A stretch of 10,310 bases of DNA, taken from assembly GCA_041500405.1 (NCBI GenBank), contig JBGQMB010000030.1, forward strand, positions 1 through 10,310, in the 5' to 3' direction. Positions 6,584 to 10,310 of the stretch are shown one piece after another. Both the position numbers and the translations under genes were made by a program. The DNA is from Candidatus Micrarchaeia archaeon. GTDB taxonomy: Archaea; Micrarchaeota; Micrarchaeia; Anstonellales; J096. How positions within the stretch are numbered: position 1 is the first letter of the stretch; every line of letters starts with the position of its first letter. The notes under the pieces were generated by a model. It was not told the origin of the DNA. It made no database searches and worked only from the letters and a program-made list of their open reading frames with translations.

Positions 6584-6604
6584 GTCTTGCGCAATAAAGC
6601 GCCA

Positions 6605-7495
6605 ATGGCACGCATGTCAATAAGGCTCATAGGCACATCTTCAGGCATGCCCGCTCCCGAAAGGGGGATGCCCTGCATATTCCTCAACTGGAAGGGCTTC
6701 CCGTTCCTGTGGGACATGGGGGAGGGCGCGCAAAGGGAGCTGATGAAATACAGGCTTGGCTTCGGCAGCATACGCCACGTGTTCATAAGCCACCTCCACA
6801 TGGACCATTTCCTTGGGCTTTACGGCTATCTGGAGACAATGAGGCTTACGTCAGCCATTGAAAAGGGCGACGTTTTCACCATCTTCGCGCCAAAGGGCTT
6901 TGAGGACATCATGAGAAGGGAATCGGACTTCATAAGGGTAAAAACGATAAAGGAGGGCGTTTTGCTCGAAGGCGAGGATTTCACAATCAGCGCGTTCAAG
7001 AATGCGCATCGGCCTAACAGCTTCGGCTTCGTTTTCCAGGAAAACGAGCGCATAAGGTTCAACGAGCAAAAGGCAAAGGGAATGGGCATAAAGGGCCCGA
7101 TGTTCACTGAAATAATGGAAAAGGGAAAGCTGGCTGTGAACGGAAAGACAATAAGGCTTTCAGACGTTACCTATAAGACAAAGGGCATAAAGGTCCTTTA
7201 CACGGGGGACACGCCGCCTTTCAAGGGGCTGGAGAAGCTTGCAAAAGGCAGCGACCTCATAATCCACGAGTGCACGTTCTCCGAGAAGATGGAGAAGGAG
7301 GCGCACAGAAGAAGGCACTCGACCTCAAGGGACGCGGCGGAGCTTGCGGCAAGGGCAAAGGCCAAGACGCTGGTTCTGACACACATAAGCCCAAGATACA
7401 ATGGAGGCGAGGAAAACGCCCTTGTGCAGGAGGCAAAAAAGCGCTTCAGGGGCAATGTCATCCTTGCCAATGACGGACTGAAGGTGGAGCTTTAG
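6605..7495 (+). CDS. rnz: Ribonuclease Z (short form, tRNA 3' endonuclease)
   Basis: GTSSGMPAPERG (PxKxRN-like loop), DMGEGAQR, SHLHMDH (HxHxDH), flexible arm with a GP motif (AKGMGIKGP), YTGDT, HECTF, HST and THISPRY. Start set at ATG 6605 from TATA spacing; ATG 6614 is an alternative. Confidence 0.95.
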   Translation: MARMSIRLIGTSSGMPAPERGMPCIFLNWKGFPFLWDMGEGAQRELMKYRLGFGSIRHVFISHLHMDHFLGLYGYLETMRLTSAIEKGDVFTIFAPKGFEDIMRRESDFIRVKTIKEGVLLEGEDFTISAFKNAHRPNSFGFVFQENERIRFNEQKAKGMGIKGPMFTEIMEKGKLAVNGKTIRLSDVTYKTKGIKVLYTGDTPPFKGLEKLAKGSDLIIHECTFSEKMEKEAHRRRHSTSRDAAELAARAKAKTLVLTHISPRYNGGEENALVQEAKKRFRGNVILANDGLKVEL

Positions 7496-8797
7496 ATGGA
7501 GATAGAGCTGAACGCCATTGTCGTGCGCCCAAGCGCAGGCAGGCACACAATATCAGACGGCTCAATTGAGTACACGCTCCAGAGCCAGGAGCGCTTAAAC
7601 AAGCTGGACTTAATCCATATAATGGGGGAAATATCCGAAAGCACGATTGTCCCTTCCAAGATTGAGAAACTGGCGAACAAGACGCTTTTGGAGACTGTTG
7701 ATTTGCTTGCGATAAAGATAGGGGAATGGAACCCGTCTGTCAAATCCCCTGTGCTTGAGAAGTGCAGGCCTGCGATTGAAAAAACGGCCAAGGCGATAAA
7801 GCTGCTCTCAATCATGAACTCAAAGGCGATAATAAGGTTCCACGGGGACGCGGACGGCATATCTGCCGCGCTTTCCATCTCGCAGATGGTCAACGGATTC
7901 AAGATACAGCACAACTCCGCGGTTTACAGCAACAAGGACGCATTCAACGACATCACGCAGCTGAAATACGAGGCATATCCGGCCTTGGTCCTGCTCGACT
8001 GCTGCACAAACGAGGAAAGCATGGAGGCATTGGACATCGTGAAATCCGCCGGCATAAACATTGTGGCGATTGACCATCACCCGTGCATACAGGAAATCGG
8101 AAAGATGGGCATGGTATTGAATCCCTGGCTTTATGACCCCGAAGAGGACGCAAGCAAGTTCACCTCGGGATACCTTGCCTTTGAGGTCGCGAAACTGCTT
8201 GGCCTGGACGCGTCCGCAACAGTCGGCGTTTCCCTTGCAGGCGACAAGAGCAAAATAATGGAAATTTCCGAAAAGGACAGGGAAAGGGCGCTTGTTTTTG
8301 ACTTTGTGGCATCGTATTCCGCTTTCGGAAACAGGCTTGAGTTCTACAGGGACCTGATTACGGACAACGCACTGTACCAAAGCATACTCACAAAGGCAAG
8401 GGAGCACATTGAGAACGTCTCAAGCGCGATAAGCCTTGCCATGAAAAAGGAAAGGCTTGCAAACGGCATAACGCTGATTATCGTCAACCTTGACAAGGTC
8501 GCGAAGCGCTCGGAGTTCCCGAGCAGGGGCAAGATAACGTCAAGGGCATACGAAATGTCCGGAGAGGAGGATGTTGTTGTCATAGGATACTCCGAAAAAT
8601 CCCTCATATTGAGGGTCGGGCACAAGGCATACGAAAAGGGCATAAGGGCAAACGAGCTTGTCAAGAAACTGGTTTCGGAGTACAGTGACAATGCGTCCGG
8701 AGGGGGACACGCAAGGGCCGCGGCATTCCTTTTCAGCGGGCTTCCTGTTGACTATCTTCTTGGGCAGATGAAGGCCATGGTTTCGGAAGTGAAATGA
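7496..8797 (+). CDS. DHH/DHHA1 phosphoesterase, archaeal RecJ-like exonuclease (HAN/COG1107-like, shortened N-terminus)
   Basis: IIRFHGDADG (motif I), LLDCCTNEE (motif II), IDHHP (DHH), GDKS (motif IV) and C-terminal GGGH (DHHA1). The ATG directly follows the rnz TAG, with SD-like GGTGGAG inside rnz. Confidence 0.88.
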   Translation: MEIELNAIVVRPSAGRHTISDGSIEYTLQSQERLNKLDLIHIMGEISESTIVPSKIEKLANKTLLETVDLLAIKIGEWNPSVKSPVLEKCRPAIEKTAKAIKLLSIMNSKAIIRFHGDADGISAALSISQMVNGFKIQHNSAVYSNKDAFNDITQLKYEAYPALVLLDCCTNEESMEALDIVKSAGINIVAIDHHPCIQEIGKMGMVLNPWLYDPEEDASKFTSGYLAFEVAKLLGLDASATVGVSLAGDKSKIMEISEKDRERALVFDFVASYSAFGNRLEFYRDLITDNALYQSILTKAREHIENVSSAISLAMKKERLANGITLIIVNLDKVAKRSEFPSRGKITSRAYEMSGEEDVVVIGYSEKSLILRVGHKAYEKGIRANELVKKLVSEYSDNASGGGHARAAAFLFSGLPVDYLLGQMKAMVSEVK

Positions 8798-9516
8798 TGG
8801 GCGAAGAAAACCGGAGAACGCCCGAGAAATGGAAGATAGAGGACCTTGTGTTCGACAGGCGCACGCTTTTGACGCTCGGCAAGCTCATGGAGGAGGGCGC
8901 GTTCACCAACATTGACTATCTGGTATCGCTTGGGAAGGAGGCCAACGTGTACAGGGCAAGGGCAAAGGCAGACTATGTTGCCATTAAGATTTACAGGAAC
9001 GAGACCTCGCGGTTCATAAGGAAGATGGACTATCTGCAGGGCGACCCGAGGTTCAAGAAGGCGAAGATGACGGGATATAACATCATAAGGCTTTTTGCGC
9101 AAAAGGAGTACAAGAACCTGATAATAGCCGAAAAGCAGGGCGTTGACGCGCCAAGGCCCATAAGCCAGAAGGACAATGTTGTTGTGATGACATTCATCGG
9201 AAAGGACGGCCTGCCGTTCGGCAAGATGGCGGACGTCCGTTCCGAAGTCATTGAAGAGGACTTCAATGTGATAATAAGGTCAATAAAGGCGCTCTGGAAG
9301 GGCGGCATAGTGCATTCGGACTTGAGCGAGTACAACATATTGCTAGGGGACAAGCCCTATATAATAGACATGAGCGAGGGCGTGAGCATACGCCACCCCA
9401 AGGCAAAGGAATTCCTCATGAGGGACCTGGTCAACGTTTCAGCATTCTTTAAAAAATCAATCGGTCTAAGCTCAAATCCGGAGGAGCTGTTCAACAGCAT
9501 AGTGTCAGGTGTTTGA
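8794..9516 (+). CDS. rio1: RIO1 atypical Ser/Thr kinase/ATPase (small-subunit maturation)
   Basis: SLGKEANVY P-loop (STGKEA-type, RIO1), VAIKIY, YLQGDPRF, KEYKNL, IVHSDLSEYNIL catalytic loop, IIDMS and HPKAKEFLMRD. No N-terminal winged helix, so not RIO2. ATGA overlap with the upstream gene. Confidence 0.94.
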   Translation: MMGEENRRTPEKWKIEDLVFDRRTLLTLGKLMEEGAFTNIDYLVSLGKEANVYRARAKADYVAIKIYRNETSRFIRKMDYLQGDPRFKKAKMTGYNIIRLFAQKEYKNLIIAEKQGVDAPRPISQKDNVVVMTFIGKDGLPFGKMADVRSEVIEEDFNVIIRSIKALWKGGIVHSDLSEYNILLGDKPYIIDMSEGVSIRHPKAKEFLMRDLVNVSAFFKKSIGLSSNPEELFNSIVSGV

Positions 9517-10267
9517 TTTGGCCAATGAGCTGGAATCCAAATGGAGATTCAGGGACGCCCTTCACGAGAGGAATGCCTCCGACGTCTTTTGGGCAACAGT
9601 AAAGGCCTATATAGACGGCGGGGAAAAGGCCGCGCTCGAGAAGGCAAAGGGCAGCGACCCGCACATCATGCAGAACATAGCGGTCAAGCACATAACCGAA
9701 AACACTTCTGTCATGTTCGTCCAGGTGACAAGGGGAACGCTCGCATACATCGTCCTCAGAATACTTTTCCGCATGGGCTGCAAGGAGTGCATAAAAAACC
9801 TGGTAAGGGACGCGTCCGGCTCAATATACATAACGGTCGGGCTTTCAAGGTTCATAGACGAGGTCAAGGACGCCGATGCGCTTGTCAAGGAGCTGATAGC
9901 GGACGAGGAGGCCGGCATAGAGATGATGAAGGCCATGAAAAGGGCCTCCCCAAGCGTGCTTTCCTCATTCCTTGCCCAAATCAGGGATGTTGCCAGAAAC
10001 GACATAGGAGAAAAGCAGTATTTGGCGCTCGGCATGCTGGCGGAGCATACCGACAACCCGGAGATAAAGGCGATATTCATAGGCTTCCTGGACGATTGGG
10101 ACATTGAGGTCAGGAAGATGTCCGCGCTTTCGCTGCTTACTGCAAAAAAGGACAAGGAAATCAGCGACGCGGCCTCAAAGGCGCTTGAGCTTGAGACGGA
10201 CGAGACGGTCAAGGCGCTGCGCGGGTGGCTCAAGAAGAATTACCCGGAATTCATGTACCCGAAATAG
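9509..10267 (+). CDS. Hypothetical alpha-helical protein with C-terminal HEAT-like repeats
   Basis: About 250 aa with codon usage like the neighbouring core genes. FIGFLDDWDIEVRKMSALSL matches the HEAT pattern L.D.d..VR..A..aL, and ALELETDETVK is a second similar unit. Start is GTG 9509 or TTG 9518 (AGGTG 6 nt upstream of the latter). Confidence 0.8.
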   Translation: MFDLANELESKWRFRDALHERNASDVFWATVKAYIDGGEKAALEKAKGSDPHIMQNIAVKHITENTSVMFVQVTRGTLAYIVLRILFRMGCKECIKNLVRDASGSIYITVGLSRFIDEVKDADALVKELIADEEAGIEMMKAMKRASPSVLSSFLAQIRDVARNDIGEKQYLALGMLAEHTDNPEIKAIFIGFLDDWDIEVRKMSALSLLTAKKDKEISDAASKALELETDETVKALRGWLKKNYPEFMYPK

Positions 10268-10310
10268 AACGCAAAAGACCCCGAACCCGGTACGGGCAAT
10301 TTGCATTGCT

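Noticed and set aside
5364..6597. Long + strand ORFs (294 aa and 200 aa) opposite ftsZ
   Set aside because: Explained by ftsZ codon bias, which leaves few stops on the antisense strand. The translations are not protein-like.
6492..6620. 43-aa N-terminal extension of FtsZ, and the TTG 6587 start for rnz, in the ORF track
   Set aside because: Both run through the divergent promoter region and would make the genes overlap head-to-head. ATG 6491 and ATG 6605 fit the TATA spacing.
9541..10233. 188-aa + strand alternative frame and 208-aa - strand ORF over the HEAT-like gene
   Set aside because: Arg/Gly-rich and Ser-rich translations typical of shifted and antisense frames. Frame 9509 has the host codon pattern.
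10278..10309. Small hairpins CCCG-GTA-CGGG and GCAAT-TTGC-ATTGC
   Set aside because: Only 4-5 bp stems with no U-tract, at the window edge. Insufficient to call a terminator or RNA element.
1..10310. CRISPR array, IS/transposase, integrase, rRNA
   Set aside because: No regularly spaced repeats, terminal inverted repeats, recombinase motifs or rRNA-like segments seen. Nearly all sequence is accounted for by the listed genes.

Overview
Compact archaeal chromosomal window. The archaeal call rests on AglB, an FtsZ2-type protein, RIO1, an archaeal RecJ-like DHH nuclease, TATA-type promoters and an intron-containing tRNA with no encoded CCA. A DPANN/Micrarchaeota-like origin is a plausible inference but is not proven. 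Left to right: the 3' part of an uncharacterised + strand gene converges on tRNA-Leu(CAA) (- strand, 38-nt intron at 37/38). Next on the - strand are a small AbrB/MraZ-fold regulator overlapping an orphan hisD, and an ftsZ2-aglB pair. A 113-nt divergent promoter region follows, then a tightly coupled + strand operon: rnz, HAN/RecJ-like DHH nuclease, rio1 and an unknown helical/HEAT-like protein. Most genes are recognisable housekeeping families, and I see no CRISPR array, transposase or integrase. The novelty lies mainly in gene context: the AbrB-hisD cassette, ftsZ2-aglB coupling without cdrS, rio1 partnered with an unknown HEAT-like protein instead of aIF-1A/Dim2, a Cys-rich enlarged AglB, and a relaxed-BHB tRNA intron. 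None of these is established as a new system from sequence alone.
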